From Trichoplax sp. H2 (lineage: Eukaryota), in NCBI GenBank assembly GCA_003344405.1, contig NOWV01000001.1, positions 1,550,001 through 1,614,000 on the forward strand: a stretch of DNA of 64,000 nt. Direction: 5' to 3'. Below are positions 38,293-52,267 of the stretch, one piece after another. The position numbers and the translations under genes are program-made. The stretch's first letter is position 1. Every line of letters begins with the position of its first letter. The notes beneath the pieces were generated by a model. That model did not search any database and was not told the DNA's origin. It saw nothing but the letters and a program-made list of their open reading frames with translations.

Positions 38293-41200
38293 TTCTTGAT
38301 TTAATTACAACAGTACGAGTACAGCTTACCAGTTAAGATATTTAATATACAGGGTGATTACAGCTTGTGATAACATCAAAACGAAATCTCGATAATGAAA
38401 ATACTCAGACTTTGACGAATAGATCACAAGAAATCCTTTGAATAAAACTACGTAATGGATAGGAGTTACTCATATAATGTAGTGAAAACTAAATAAAAAG
38501 CTTTTTCAAAACTAACAAGTCGTTATCTTGGAGAAAGGGCCTAGGAAAATCTTTTGAATGTAATTTATTTCTGTCTTAATAATTAAAATCTATCCAGAAC
38601 AAATTGAAAACGAAAATATAGAGCTAAAATTTTTAATTAAAAGTTATAGGAACATGATCCCCAGAATGAATATACGCACAAGATTGCGTTGATATTCAGA
38701 ATTCTAAAGAGGGAAAATAAAGACGTTAAAGAGATCTATCAATAGAATGCGTAGGTAATGGAAAGTCGTTAGATAGGTGGTAATTATACTTCGGTCATAA
38801 AAACCAAATACATAATCATGGCTAATCGAAAAAATTGATTTAATAACGTTAGCAAGTAAAAATATGAAAGAATTCAGTCTTTGATGAACTTTTGCACGGT
38901 TTTAAAGACAAAAAAAGTAACGCCAAGCACATTAAACAACAGACCAGTTAACCAACTTGGCTGACAGCATTTTCGGTTTTGAAAATGTAAATAGCGAGGG
39001 AAAATTGAAATTTTGGTATAAAGAATAAGCCTTAAATAGAGCAAGGAGAGTTTAAACTGAAAATTAGAGACTCAAACTATGGTAAGAAAGTTTATGAAGA
39101 AAGAATAAAATACTTTCAATATTCTGCCGCTATGGAGTCATTCAATTTTAATTTGCATTGGCCTTCCCATATGTAATGTCAAAGTAAGCCTCTATTTATG
39201 ATTCTCTTTGAATGACAATGAAAGTCGATGAAAGCATAATAAAATAATAATTAAGGCGAATCAATAAACTTTTTCAGATCATTATAACCGTTTAACACCT
39301 ATAGCATCAGTAGAAAATCATAATTATAAAATACAATATTGCGACACTTAATTTAATAGGTTGATAAAAATACAGCGATGAACGGGAATCAGGCTAAGGC
39401 GGATGCTATGACTTTTATACATTCCAGAGCATAAATGTTTGTAGTATATTGTTTCATAGTCAAATACACCGAGGCCATATTCTTCTTGAAAAATTTATGA
39501 TCCTACAGTGCTAACTGTTGTATGATGTCATTATTCTATAACGTTTCTATCTACTACACAATTAAAGACAGGATCCTAACTACGAATGATAAAAATCTCG
39601 AATGTGTTGATAATTATTAATTAATGTCCATTGTTTTTTTTATAGAGCATTGAGAATAATGCTCAACGTTGGCTAAAATTAAAAATTTTAATGACGTAAC
39701 TCGTTTTAAGATTTTATTCTTTGATTGAGTGATAAAGTTTATAAAAGTACTTAAGAAGATCATCTAAATTCAACTAATAGAGTATAAAGCGTTTGCGAAG
39801 TGCAATCGTGAAAATTATAGCTTAACTATTGCACGCGTAAAAAAAATCAACTAAAACTATGAATTTATAACATCTTTAAGCTACAGTATTTGGTAATGGT
39901 TTGGTTTTGCGATTGCTGATTCCTCAAAAATAAGTAAGGCTTCGTCTACTAACACAGTCTGTGATATTAATTTTATAGGATATATGTATTTGACTACACC
40001 TAATACTCAAGAAGCACTGTGTAAATATCAATATGAAAGCTAGTATTACATAATATAATCGATAATACCAGTAGGCCTTTTAAGAAAGCGTTATTCATTC
40101 TGCAGTACGTGGGCATATTTTATGCATTTATAGCAGTCCAATACTACAGTACATTATAATATATATTTCGTAAAGCCGCATCAATGCTGCATCTACTAGA
40201 AAGCATTTGTTGTACTAATTTATACGATAAAAATTTGTTGAGATAAATATCGTATTTACTATTCACTTATGTATATTACGAATTTCGACTAGCACTGTCA
40301 AATGTAGATATACACGTAAATTTAAAAATATGTTATATAATAGTCTATATCTTATATAGTAACATGTATCCTCAAGTGAAAGGGAAACAAATGAATATTG
40401 ACTTCTTCTCCATACTGTAATATGATAAAAAAAATAGCTAGATATCTTGATGCTTGCTTTAGATGTTTCTTAATTAATTGTCTTGCACTTTGAGTAGATT
40501 CTATAGCATTAGCAAGATCCAATAATCGTTTACTTTTCAGAGGGTTTAGAGTGTAGTCTACCAGATTTTAAATATAGATGTCGTGTATCGGCTATAAAAT
40601 GCACTTTTACCAGTTTGTTATGGAATCGGGTTAATCACTGATTAATTTCTGACGGTTCGAATTTAGCCTCCAATGTGTAATAGGTTCTTCACATACGCTA
40701 TATGCGTCACTAATAAAAAATGAAAACTTACATAGCACTCGTATTGCCAAGGAAACTGAATTAAGTAATACGAAATGACATAATTGGTGTACTTCATATC
40801 GTAAGCGTAATATGGTTATTAAAATTTCTCACTGCATATAACTTATAACCTTTTGAAATCCCTCGCCTATATATGATAGCCTTTAGCTGCTGTGGTATTT
40901 TAAAATAAAAATAGAGAATGAGAAGTTTTTACTGATTCTATTCACAGTAAATTAAACCATGGCCTACTTACAATCTTTTACGACATTTATATTTTTTAAA
41001 TTAACCTAGGTGTAAAGCAGTAAATACAATTATGGATATGTGATTAACGGCATAGGCAAGGTATGATATCAAGTGATCAGGCTATCGGCAGAGCCATTAC
41101 TAGTCCGAAAGATTTTAGTAACGAGGCAAGAACGATTCTAGAGCCGCTGCCATTTTTTCTACCCCTACATTAATACATTATAATATCTTAAAGATATTGT

Positions 41201-42748
41201 TATAAGAACTTTAACTGATTTACCAAATGCTATGGACAATCTGCCTACAATCTAACTATATAACTCATTGCAATATAATCTATGATTTATAACAAAATTG
41301 TTCCTTGTCCGCGCCATCGAGCAGCTAGATTAAACTTTACTGACAGTTACAAGTATGTAATAGAATTGATCTGATCGGATTTAAGTAACTATTCTTTACG
41401 TAATAACTCTATCTATGCAGAATAATGGCAGTTATACATATGTTTGATGAAGTGTCTTAAAAATAATAAACAAGAACTACAGTTTCTTGTAAATTTCACT
41501 TTATTACAGAAATTGGGTTCGTCTGATAACTACCAAGGGCTATTTGGCTGCTGTCAGACTATCTAAATTATTACAGCAATATTCATTATTTATATATATA
41601 CAATGCGTCATAATTTAAAAATTAAGATAATTTAGGGTTGTACTATATATAATATATAATAAGTCACTGGTAAAATTAACACTTAGTAGATTATAGTCGT
41701 AATTAATCAGCTGCCAAAATTAGAACTCCTTATAGTCATCGGAAACGAAATCTTCAAACTCTAGATGACCCAAATCTAACTCATTGTTATTGCAGTGTGA
41801 CTGTCTCGGCTGTTTTACTCTATTGAAATCATAATTTTCTTTTTAAAAGATATCTATCTGTCTGCCCGTCTCACCTTCACGACCTTTGTAGTAATAGCTG
41901 CCTGATATTTGCAGAACACAGGATAGTCATTCATTCGATCTCATAAAGATTCTGAACTATTGTCGCTACTCAAGTATGATACGATATTTAAGAGGATCTG
42001 TGAAGGGGTGTTGGCTACTTATTTACGATCATTTAATACAGGAGAGCGAATTATTTTCTGATATGTATCTTAATTTGTACCAATGCAAAAAGAATACACG
42101 GGTATCTTTATCTAATAAATGTCTGATTTTATAATTTTGAGTTGCGATATTTGTAAAAATGTATTAGTTACAGCGACAAAATGATCAGCTACAAGAGATC
42201 TCTCTTCGTAAAAACATAGGATCATCGATCCATAATATAATAATAATAATAATAATAACAATGATAACTTCAATACAGCCACATTAGTTGATAAATAAAT
42301 ATCAAAGAAATAAGTCACAATCTGATTAAAAAGTGTAGGATACTAACTTGAGCCATTAAAATTCTTCAGTATTCTTACTGATATTAAAAATTACCGAACA
42401 AGGTGTACGCATGATACATTTGTTATTTCTAGACAATTTTTTAGGAAATATGTGCGAAATTTATAAAGCTGATGAAGCCTGTAAATTATAGCATGGATAT
42501 TTTTATGTTCCGTCAGTCTTGTGAACGTAAGGTAACATTGATATGCTATCGTATGATAGTATATTGATACTATATTGCGATCATAATAGATATATCATGA
42601 GTATTGTTACAATAGGCTTAATACAAACAGTTTAAACCCTAGTTTAGCTTATAAATTAAGGAAATGTTCAGTTTACAGTACTTGTCCTTCAGTGCTCTGC
42701 TGAGCATTTCGTGAACTAAGTTTTAAAAGAGAGAGTACGATAGCTTGA

Positions 42749-45128
42749 TTAATTTCCAATTCCTGCATACGGAGGTGGTGGAAGGTTGTCCTCTTTATCA
42801 GTATTATCTTCATCTATTTCATTCTGATATAATTCTTCGCGGTGACAATCTTCATTTATTTCGGTGCTTACAGCGAGGTTCACTTCGATATCATGATAGG
42901 ACGGTAATACTTGCGATTCTGTATTACATGAAATGCCAGGATATGGAGGTGGAGGGTCTTGAAGTCGATTCACAGCAATAGCTTGCTGTATTTATAATAA
43001 ATAAATGGATATTATTAATATTAAATTTTATTATGACGCTAATCGTACATTATCAGAAACACCGGTTAACAAGTAGACAAGATTATTTTAATTACCTGGA
43101 CTGAATCTAAAAATCTCTGTTCGCTCGAATACCGACAATAATAAATCAAGCTTTTTAAGCAAACTAGAAACGCTACTAGGTAGCAGCAACATTCTAGCAT
43201 ATTAATTCCTATACTGGGCCAGTCAGTTACAGTAAAGCTAACAGATGTTCCAACGCAGCATAAAATTAGCCCAACCAAAGATGCAACTGATGCAATTGAT
43301 GTCATAGCCGTATAAAAGTATAGCTATAAACAGACATACAAATACACCGATATAAATATGATTAAATAAAATTGAGATAAAACTTTTCATTAACCGTGAT
43401 AAGTGATAGGCACAACCTCAGAATTTAAGAACTAAATAAGTATATTTATTATGATGAACTTACTGCATAGTCTATAAAAACTAGATTTAGTAATTCAATT
43501 TTACATGCAACGTAAAATTTTAAGGCTTTAAGTAAAGTACGCATATAGCAAAAGGATAATTACCCATGTTTTAAGTATAACGTTAATCCGAAATGTTCCT
43601 ATCCCTAGTAATCCAGCGATCAGTACCTATGATTAGGAAGTCGTCACTTTGATTAGATTCGTGAGCATCATAAGGATTAGATAGTAGTCGATTGTATATC
43701 CTATAATTTCTTTATCGGCAATATGTAAAAGTAAAGTAATAAAATTCTATAATAGCGAAATTTAAATTAGTAGCCGTGTACGAAAATATTTTTTGTAACT
43801 TAAAGTTAGATTAGGTTAGGGTTAGTATTAGGGGTAAAATGAACAGCAGTATAAATTATAATTATATTGAGTTGCTATAATAAGTCATACAATTTAGTCT
43901 GTGTTATATATGACATTTTCATATTTTATGCCTTAGTTACTGTGTGGTAGCATGTTACAGTACTTATCTGTTCACATGCATGGCTTTTATAGCGAAAATA
44001 CAGCGACTGATAAGCATTTAATGCGATATACTGAAATGCATTTAATCACATTTACATACAGTATATAGTGGTATGATTGAAACAAAAAGAAATCAAATTA
44101 CATAGCTATGTCCTTCTAGTTATCTTTATAGCCGGTAGTTTCGGTGAATTACATACCCGACTGATATATTTAGGATAGCTTAACTCCACCACTACTATTC
44201 TACCACTGAGGCTTGAATAGTGTATACCCATTTATGTATTTTAAGCTGGGTATCTATAGTAGATTACAATATCGCTGCACACCGACGGGGAACGTATCGC
44301 AGAATATTAAAATTTTGGCACAATAAGATTACACAAACGTTGTTATAAAGTGTGCCTTGATACTCGTATATCACATTTTTACTTCTAAAGTAAAAATTCA
44401 AAAATGAGTTTGACTTATAATACAATATAATTGGTATTGGATAGATAACTCTGATTTATATCCGAGGGCCTGACTGCATGTCGAGCCTTTAATAAGAAAT
44501 TTTAGTCGATAATAAATCACTTTATAGTTAAAAGAAAGGAAATGTTGTATATCGGAAATCGGCATGACGTATATACATTGATGAAGAATATCTGCTGATA
44601 CTTGTACATGTTATCAATTATTTTTGCCCTTTATAAAAATATCATATTAAAATAGATTGTATTTGCATATTACACAGTACATTGGTTCAGTAAGTTTTAC
44701 TACCGGTACCTTAGTACTATAGTAACGTAGGTACCTCAATAAAAATTAAAAATAACTTCTGACGGTTGAATATGTTATGCAGTGCCAATCAAGATATCTC
44801 TTTGTATATATAAGATCGATGGACATAGACTATCCGCTTAGGACAATTTAGAGCGACAAGATTACAATATCTAGTTTTTATAGTTCGTAACACAGTACTA
44901 TCAAGTGATGAGAGATTAAAAGTCTATTTCACTTACCGTTACTCCGGCCCAAAATGAGTGAAAGAAAATATCGGTATTGGAGTTATATCCTAATAAGGCC
45001 AAACATACAAATCCAAAAGTTACAAAGAGGACACCTTGTATTGTCAGGATAACTGCTAAACGGTAACATTGTCGTCGAAGTTTTAACTGATGGTCGTTGG
45101 GAATTGAAATATTACTTTGTCGGTTCAT
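42749..45128 (-). CDS. CD20/MS4A-like four-transmembrane protein A, ~239 aa, with PPxY tail
   Basis: Exons 45128-44937, 43626-43564, 43323-43096, 42985-42749, all phase 0, 720 nt. TM2 reads FHSFWAGVT|VLIAGLLGI (CD20-family W-x-G-x5-G pattern). Four hydrophobic segments; tail has PPPPY, LPSY, PPPPY. Confidence 0.8.
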
Positions 45129-45642
45129 AATTTTAGATTAAAACAAAGTCAAAATTATCAGGCACATGCAAACTATTTTAAGTCATCATAGCCACAAATA
45201 TCAACTACGACCCTACCAAGTATCGTGATACAACAACAACAAAAAAATAAACCAGGTGCCTATTTCTATTGTACTATACTGAAGTCATCTACACCAGTTA
45301 GTTTTGTTATAGTGTACCAGTGCTATTTTATATTAAGGTATTTTGGTCATTTATTTATTTTATTTTATTATGTATTTCTTTCCTTTTTACTTTGTAATGA
45401 TCCGCAGTTGCGTGGTTGCGCATACCGTAGTATATTACAGCAGTGCACCTTTATAAAAGTATAAAGGTATTGGTACTGCATTGGATTACATTGGACCTTT
45501 GTTCTACGGACGTGATGTACACATAAAAGAAACTAAAATGTACGTCAATAATGATAACTAGCAACACAAACTAGATCCTGCATCCGATACGATTTTATAG
45601 TCTATATATGGATTCCATTAGCGTATTGTGCACTTCTTTGTA

Positions 45643-46430
45643 ACCCACAATTCTGTGAGTGAGTGTTGAATTACAATTCATTAGTTCGTAGTAATTTTAA
45701 TTCGTATATTCATATATAACAGACGTATCTAATATATATATACTTATACAGTATACGGATATACTCGTATGTTGTATATTACACCGATTCGCAATGGACA
45801 CAGTTAAAAAAAAAATCATGCTTAGATAATTGCATATCATGCGATATAACGTCTTGATATAGGCTTATCTAAGCAAAGGCTTTTTTAGCTTTATGTAATC
45901 TGACCCAATCTATTGTATAAGAGCATATTAATGTACGTATATATTGTAGCAGGGACTTGTAAGAGAAATTCCTGTTCCTACATGCCTTGGGCCCTTCTGG
46001 ACCCAAGGTTTCCGCTAAGTGTACTGATGGAGTAAACCACAATTCAGTGAGTGTACGCAGGGTTACAATTCATTAGTTAGTAGTAATTTCAATTCGTATA
46101 TTTATAAATAACATACGTATCGAAAATATACACTTATCAGCACACGGGTATACTCGTATGTTGCACATTACGCCGCCGATTCGGAATGCACAATGTTAAA
46201 AAAAGTTATGCTTAGATAATTGCCTGTCATGCGATATTATGCCTTGATACAGGTTTATCTAAGCATGGCTTTCTTAGTTTTATGTAATCTAGCCGGTCTA
46301 CTGTATACGTATACGAGTATATTAATGTACGTAGATAATACAGCAGGGATTTGTAAGAGAAATCCCTGTTCTCACATGCCTTGGGGCCTTTGGCACCCAA
46401 TATTTCCACTTGATTTACCGATGGAGTTAA
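45643..46430. repeat. Diverged tandem duplication, 2 x ~392 bp, upstream of four-TM gene A
   Basis: CCACAATTCWGTGAGTG...TTACAATTCATTAGTT at 45645 and 46037; shared GTAAGAGAAATYCCTGTTC...CATGCCTTGGG; both end GATGGAGTWAA. Confidence 0.9.
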
Positions 46431-48012
46431 GATTTTTCTGAAGTTTCTAAATAAAAACGTCAACTCATCGTTCATTCATAGAAAGTTCACTCTGTTATGT
46501 GTAATTGTCCTTTGTATGTATTCAAAAAATAGAAAGAATTCTGTAATAGAAATTAACCAAGACAGATCTCGTTTAAAAATTTTGTGTAATCGATGATACA
46601 TTGACGAACGTATACTCTTACTCGTATTGTATTTTAGTTTGAAGCTAGTATTAATAACGGTACTAAATTGTAAATAAAGAGATGAATTATATAGTTATAG
46701 TTCCGCATAAAATACTATACTACGCAATTTTTTGGCCTTTTTCCTTGGTCTCTGTGAATAAAGAATGTGTATACTATACTATCATTCATCTAGCTATTTA
46801 TTTCCACAAGCTATTAGACTACATTTAATGATGTCACCCTTATTGCAGGTGATAACGTCTTTGCTTACTCAAATGCATTTTGTACACGTAACTACTATGC
46901 GTACAATACATACAATATATAACGATCGAAGATGTTATTTAACCAAAACTGTGCTTGCGATATTCCTACGTATACATACTGTACAGTATTAATTAGATAA
47001 TTATGTATTAGGACTATATTTCGCTAGCGGTTCATGGTATTTTATTATTCGTAGCACTACTGAAGATATCAATATAACGAAATCATATTGCAGGTACGGC
47101 GTGATATTGTAGGCTAGCGATGTGACCCGTTGGGAATGTTTACCACTCATCAACAATTTCGATGAGCTCAACGGCTGAGACTATGTAATGTACAATTAGG
47201 CTTTCAAGTACAGTATGCTGCAATTATGTTTTCTGTGAGCTGTCGTATTGGTAGCCAACCAGGCAACAGTAAAACTTATAGCCATGCAACAAATGGTATC
47301 ATTCATATACATCCTACATGTAATTTTTGATAAAATCGCTGTTACTGTATTATGCTCAATTTTTTCCAGATAGTAATGCTTAGGTATTACCATAACATGT
47401 CGTGAATAAGATTTAAAAGATTCACTTTATTTTACTATTCGTATTCGAGCACATACAACAAAGATTAGATAACTTACTGCCAATGAGCATCATTGTAGAA
47501 TATTGTACATTGTCCCTGATAACCATATCGCTAGGATTAGAATATAATTTGTAATGGCCATATCTACCTTTAAACTTACTGCATTGCAAAAAGTAATATT
47601 TAATCACAACATTTTGTTTACATCATGCAAATCGGATTAGAGAAGAAAAATAGAAGCAAAAGTGGACGTATTTACAGAAAATTTTTAACATTTTTCGTAC
47701 TCGCGGAACATTAGCATTCGTGCGAAGAGGTTACTGCATCCATACTAGATGGTTGCTTGTGAGATGATCAAAGTTCATTGTAAATAACATTCAGTTACGC
47801 ATAAAAGAATAGATTATAGTTCTTAACGGACATATACACTACAGATGTAGTGAGACATATCCTAATTACAACTAGAAGTAATATAGGAAGGTACCGTGAT
47901 GTCAGAGATGGAACGTCATATTAAATTTACGTTTAAATAAGAATGGAGTTAAATTATGAATAAGTGCAAAGTCACAAAATTATGATCATCCAAAATTTAA
48001 ATTACATCATAA

Positions 48013-51000
48013 TTAGGACATTACAAGATTGACGGTATCAGTATGACCGCTGTTTTTAACCGCTTGTTTTCTAACCAAATAGGCAATACGGAATAGCAGC
48101 GCCGTTAAGCCCAGTGCAATTAAGTAAATGACAATTTCGATACTATCCATGACGTACGCAACAACCGGTTCATCGTGCTTGATGGTTGCTAATCCAACTA
48201 TACATAAAATCATACCAGTAACCGACAAGATAGCAGTTACGACGTTGAGGATAAAAACCACGATAAACTGAAAAATGAATTGGAAGATGAGTTAGGGTTG
48301 TTACTTTATTAAGCCTATCTCGATGTATTATTATCTGCGCTAGCATATATAATACAGTCTAAGTGTAATGGCGTATCTGCGCGTCTTAGCTTACAATATA
48401 ATATAGAGAGAACTAATATTTTATCACGTATTTTTTACACTGCAACGTGCAGAAGATATAGTATAGTAAGGGCTCCATTTGCGTCGTTAACGTATGATGT
48501 TTTGAGATCGATAATATGGGTACAATTTTCATTATCGTCATATTGTCATAATACTAACATTAATGTTTACAGTAGGATAGAAAATATTCAAAATACTGTC
48601 TTTAAATTTAAAATCTTTATTACACTGTAGCTAAGACTCATGAATAATAATAACGAGTGCATACCATCCAAGCTGGAGGCAAAGTTTCATCTTTGAGGGT
48701 TTTCATTCCAGTGAATCCAGTAATGAGAATCTAAAGATAGGATGAATTCATTGTTTATTTATATAATGATTATGATCGATTTGTTCGTTGATTCATTAAA
48801 ATACCATAAAACGGATAAAATTTGCATCACAGATCTTATAGAACCGAGCAATTTCAGTTTAGTTGATAACTGCGGTTAAAAGGTTACTATTGCGTAATTT
48901 CGCGATACTAGACACTAATACCGTAGGTGAAGTAATGTGATCATAAACTGAAGATCCATCCACTAGTTCACATGGCTTCAAACTCAATGGATCGGTACTA
49001 ACAGTCAATTAGTAGGAATTGGATATAAATCCAGTATCGGCAAGGTCGGACCGAATCCTGTTCAGATGTTATTATTGATGTCCAATTGAATTTATTTTTT
49101 TTATCTTTCCTCTTCCTAGATTACTTTTTCTTTCGAAGTGCACGGCATACAGTACAACATTGGTTATAGTACCGTCCTATATACTAATTTTTGGCTATCG
49201 CATGGCTGCTAGAGAACGAGCATTTAATGCGCAGTACTGTACACACAAAAGGGGGAAATGGAGATTACGGTGCCGGGATGACTAATTTTAAGAGGCAATT
49301 TTTTCTTCATTTGCCTTTAGTTCCTTTGGTACTGTACACAATCATAGACTCCTCAAAATGCCTACTTATAGCTATTTTTAGTAGTCTAGAACAGAGTATC
49401 TCATCTTGAATACAGTTAGAATGACAGTAAAGTTGAAAACGGTAATACTGTACCGTACCAGCTAGTTTTTGACCTTTTTTCCCCGTTGGGGAAATAGTAC
49501 AAAATTAACTGGTAGTAGTTCCCGGATAACATGGTTCGATCAATGTCGGTCATATATATGAAAAACGATACACTACTATACTGCCCTCGATTCCCATCGC
49601 AACTTAGCAGCTTGGTTGATTTTGTAAAGTATGGTATACGGTTTCAGTGATAGCGTATGGTGAAATGAGGGGGGGGGGAAAGTAGTCAGCCTTTTCATTA
49701 TTTTGTACTGAATAGCCAGCCATTGCCTGTTTGTTCTTCTCTTTCCTTATAAAAAAAAAGTTGCTGGTACGATCATGGACTACTACTACGGTCGATGCAC
49801 CAGCACTTGTTATTTGCTGTAGAAGTCCACAGCTGGTACACTACTGTCTAGTACAGTATGGCAGAGCGATTGCGGTTGCAGCGGGTGTTATAAAGGTAAA
49901 AATATGGTAAACAAATAAAGTAATGCAGTTGTCAAGCTTTTGAATATACAAGTACAGTATGTTAATTTGCATGCGAATAGAAAGAAATTGTTAACATATA
50001 TAGTACAGTACAATGGAATAGTACTGAATAAGTGAATATCTTGATGACAACACACCTGCACAGAATATATACAGTATAGTAAGTAAAACAAATAATGCTC
50101 TCTAGCCACCATCAATAAAAAAGTCCCAGTAGTGAATCCAAAAGTACAAATATTGAAAATCAAAAATCAAAATTTAGTGATAATATGTTACAAAAGTAGC
50201 AATTCGCAGTGCGGTATTCTCGTTCATGGATCAATCATGGAGTAGTGACTATCTTATAGGCTGTTTACGGTTATCCTCTATCACGGAGCGAATCTTGTAC
50301 TACCATAAAAGAGTTACCAGTTTGGTAAAATTATATACCCCATAGGCAATACGGTCTAGTACTTCATCAATAAGGATATTCATCTATCCCGGAGAAAATA
50401 GGTCTTATTGTCTTTCCTTATTTGTAAGGCAATATCAAGGTACTTCTCTTTTACCACAAATTCAATACACAACGAGTACGAGTATTTTAGAGAAAAATAT
50501 TCATCCTAATGATATTGATCGCAACACAATTGTACATCGAACTATGATGCTGTCAAGGAGTTGTTTCATGTTACTTATGGCCCATACAGTAGAGTAGTCT
50601 CCTCGACAGTAAGCTTCTTGAATGGGCAAAAAGCCAATACTCTACATTGTACTGTATTCCACTGGACCCCAATTTAAAAAAATTTTTCGGATTCCATGAT
50701 ACTACAGTAGTTCAATGGCGTTGCAGTAATTCATTGACACGATATAGCGCAGGAAACATGCGAAATCTCCATGCAACTATAACGCCGGAAAGAGATGTTT
50801 CATGTTATTTATAGTACTGTACTGTCCATAGTCTCGAAAGGTCCGCTTCTTGAATAGCGGCAATTTCTTTGTGAGATAAGACAACAAAATACCGTAGTAA
50901 TATTAATATAGTAAACCACATGCTCGTGGTAAGTAATTGCATATTTGGAATCAACTTCCTGCTCTGCCAAACTGAATTGTTACTACCAATTGTAAACTTG

Positions 51001-51611
51001 ATCGTTCTGAATTTTGTAGCGCAATTGGAAAGAAGGCAAACAAAACTGAGTGTAAAGTCCATTCTACATTATTAAACAACATGCAGTCAATACTGTGGCT
51101 GGTACTTTAAAGTTTGGGTAACTGCCAAAATACAACCATGTAGTACAAAATACACTACTTCAAATTTAGTTTAATTAAATAATAATAATACCATTACTAC
51201 TTATAGTATAGCAAAGTCAAAATTGAGTTTCTCCTAGGAAATCATTTGGTCATTCACACTTTTTCCTCAAGGAAATTATTCAATCGCCGCTGTACTTTGT
51301 CACTTGCTATACCGCACAGCTACGTTCAAAGACCATTCAACGCTTTTCAACTTGAATAATAATATTAATTCATCTTTGGTTTAATCTTACGATACTATAC
51401 TTCAACTTACAAATCCACCAGCCCAAAATAGATGATAATGTAAATCGGTAGTAATAGGAACTTTTGTACCATCGCCAGTGATGTGTTCACCTAAACCTAA
51501 AGCCAGTAGGGCGATACCGGCAAGAGTTAATACCAAACACATTCTGGAAACTTTCTGAAACGAAGGAAGACCCTTAGTCGGTGGTTGCTGTTCATTTTCG
51601 TTTTCCGCCAT
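48013..51611 (-). CDS. CD20/MS4A-like four-transmembrane protein B (3' end uncertain)
   Basis: Exons 51611-51411 (...HYHLFWAGGF|), 48730-48665 (ILITGFTGMKTLKDETLPPAWM|), and 48267 onward (FIVVFILNVVTAILSVTGMILCIVGLA...MDSIEIVIYLIALGL). Same phase-0 layout as gene A. It ends at the 48013 stop or splices (CTT|GTAATG) to a short exon near 47757-47711. Confidence 0.75.
50098..50630 (-). mobile_element. Highly decayed Ty3/Gypsy reverse-transcriptase relic in intron 1 of gene B
   Basis: Minus-strand fragments in RT order, interrupted by stops and frameshifts: MKQLLDSII, LRDR*, LIDEVLDRIAYGVYNFTKL, YKIRSVIEDNRK, TAY..VTTP, TRIP, FVTYYH*ILIF, CTFGFTTGTFL.MV. Compare Gypsy-type motifs RDRYP.PLIDE.LDRL, FTKLD, ED..KTAF.TP, RMPFG, YxDDILIF, KCTFG...G.FLG. 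Confidence 0.55.
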
Positions 51612-51857
51612 CGTACTATCAACAAGGCTACTTTATGATTTGATACAACTGCGAGACTTTTACCACTAAGATCAGGTCAATTCTAACGTACAATAGTCAC
51701 AACTGTAGTAATCCAATGTACAAGGTAATTCCACCAATTTTTCAAATTCTACAAATTAATCACTGGCGATTAACCAAACGTAAATAAAACGCGGACTCTG
51801 GTCGTGGCCAAAGTTATAAATAAACGATTTAGCACGTTGTGCAATAGCACGTCTGCT

Positions 51858-52073
51858 GGTACCGTACAGTACCGTACAGTACAATGCACATTCCTTGGAC
51901 CTCGCTGATTGTACTGTAGTCAAATGGAAAGTGAGTGGAACTGTATGGTCGAGCACAGTACTTCCGCATTTTCTTGATAGGACTACTGTACACTGTACAC
52001 TGTAGGGCAAGAGACAGACTACCGTGCGGACAGACGACAGCATAGTGCACATACTGTACTATACTGTACTGTA
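51858..52073. promoter_or_regulatory. TACAGTA/TACTGTA cluster upstream of four-TM gene B
   Basis: GTACCGTACAGTACCGTACAGTAC, CTACTGTACACTGTACACTGTAG, ATACTGTACTATACTGTACTGTA, 0.25-0.46 kb upstream of the ATG at 51611. Confidence 0.4.
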
Positions 52074-52267
52074 TTGTGAAAAAAAATGAGACAAAATGAT
52101 CACCACGACACTGCCATCAATCGCTGCGATATCGGATTACGCCCTCTTTTGAATTAATGTCACCATGTTGTTCTTTCCCACAATCGCCAGTGATTACCAG
52201 TGATCCTTTTTTTGTCAGTGTGGTGATGCACCCATATTTGATTATAACGATAGCTAGATTTGATATA

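Noticed and set aside
43806-43835. Interstitial telomere-like TTAGG(G) tract; similar bits near 6585, 18883, 48291
   Set aside because: Only one or two exact units each; too short and degenerate.
51756-52052. Y/C/T/V-rich short ORFs (also 23078-23356, 30419-30604)
   Set aside because: They are translations of TACAGTA/TACTGTA low-complexity clusters.
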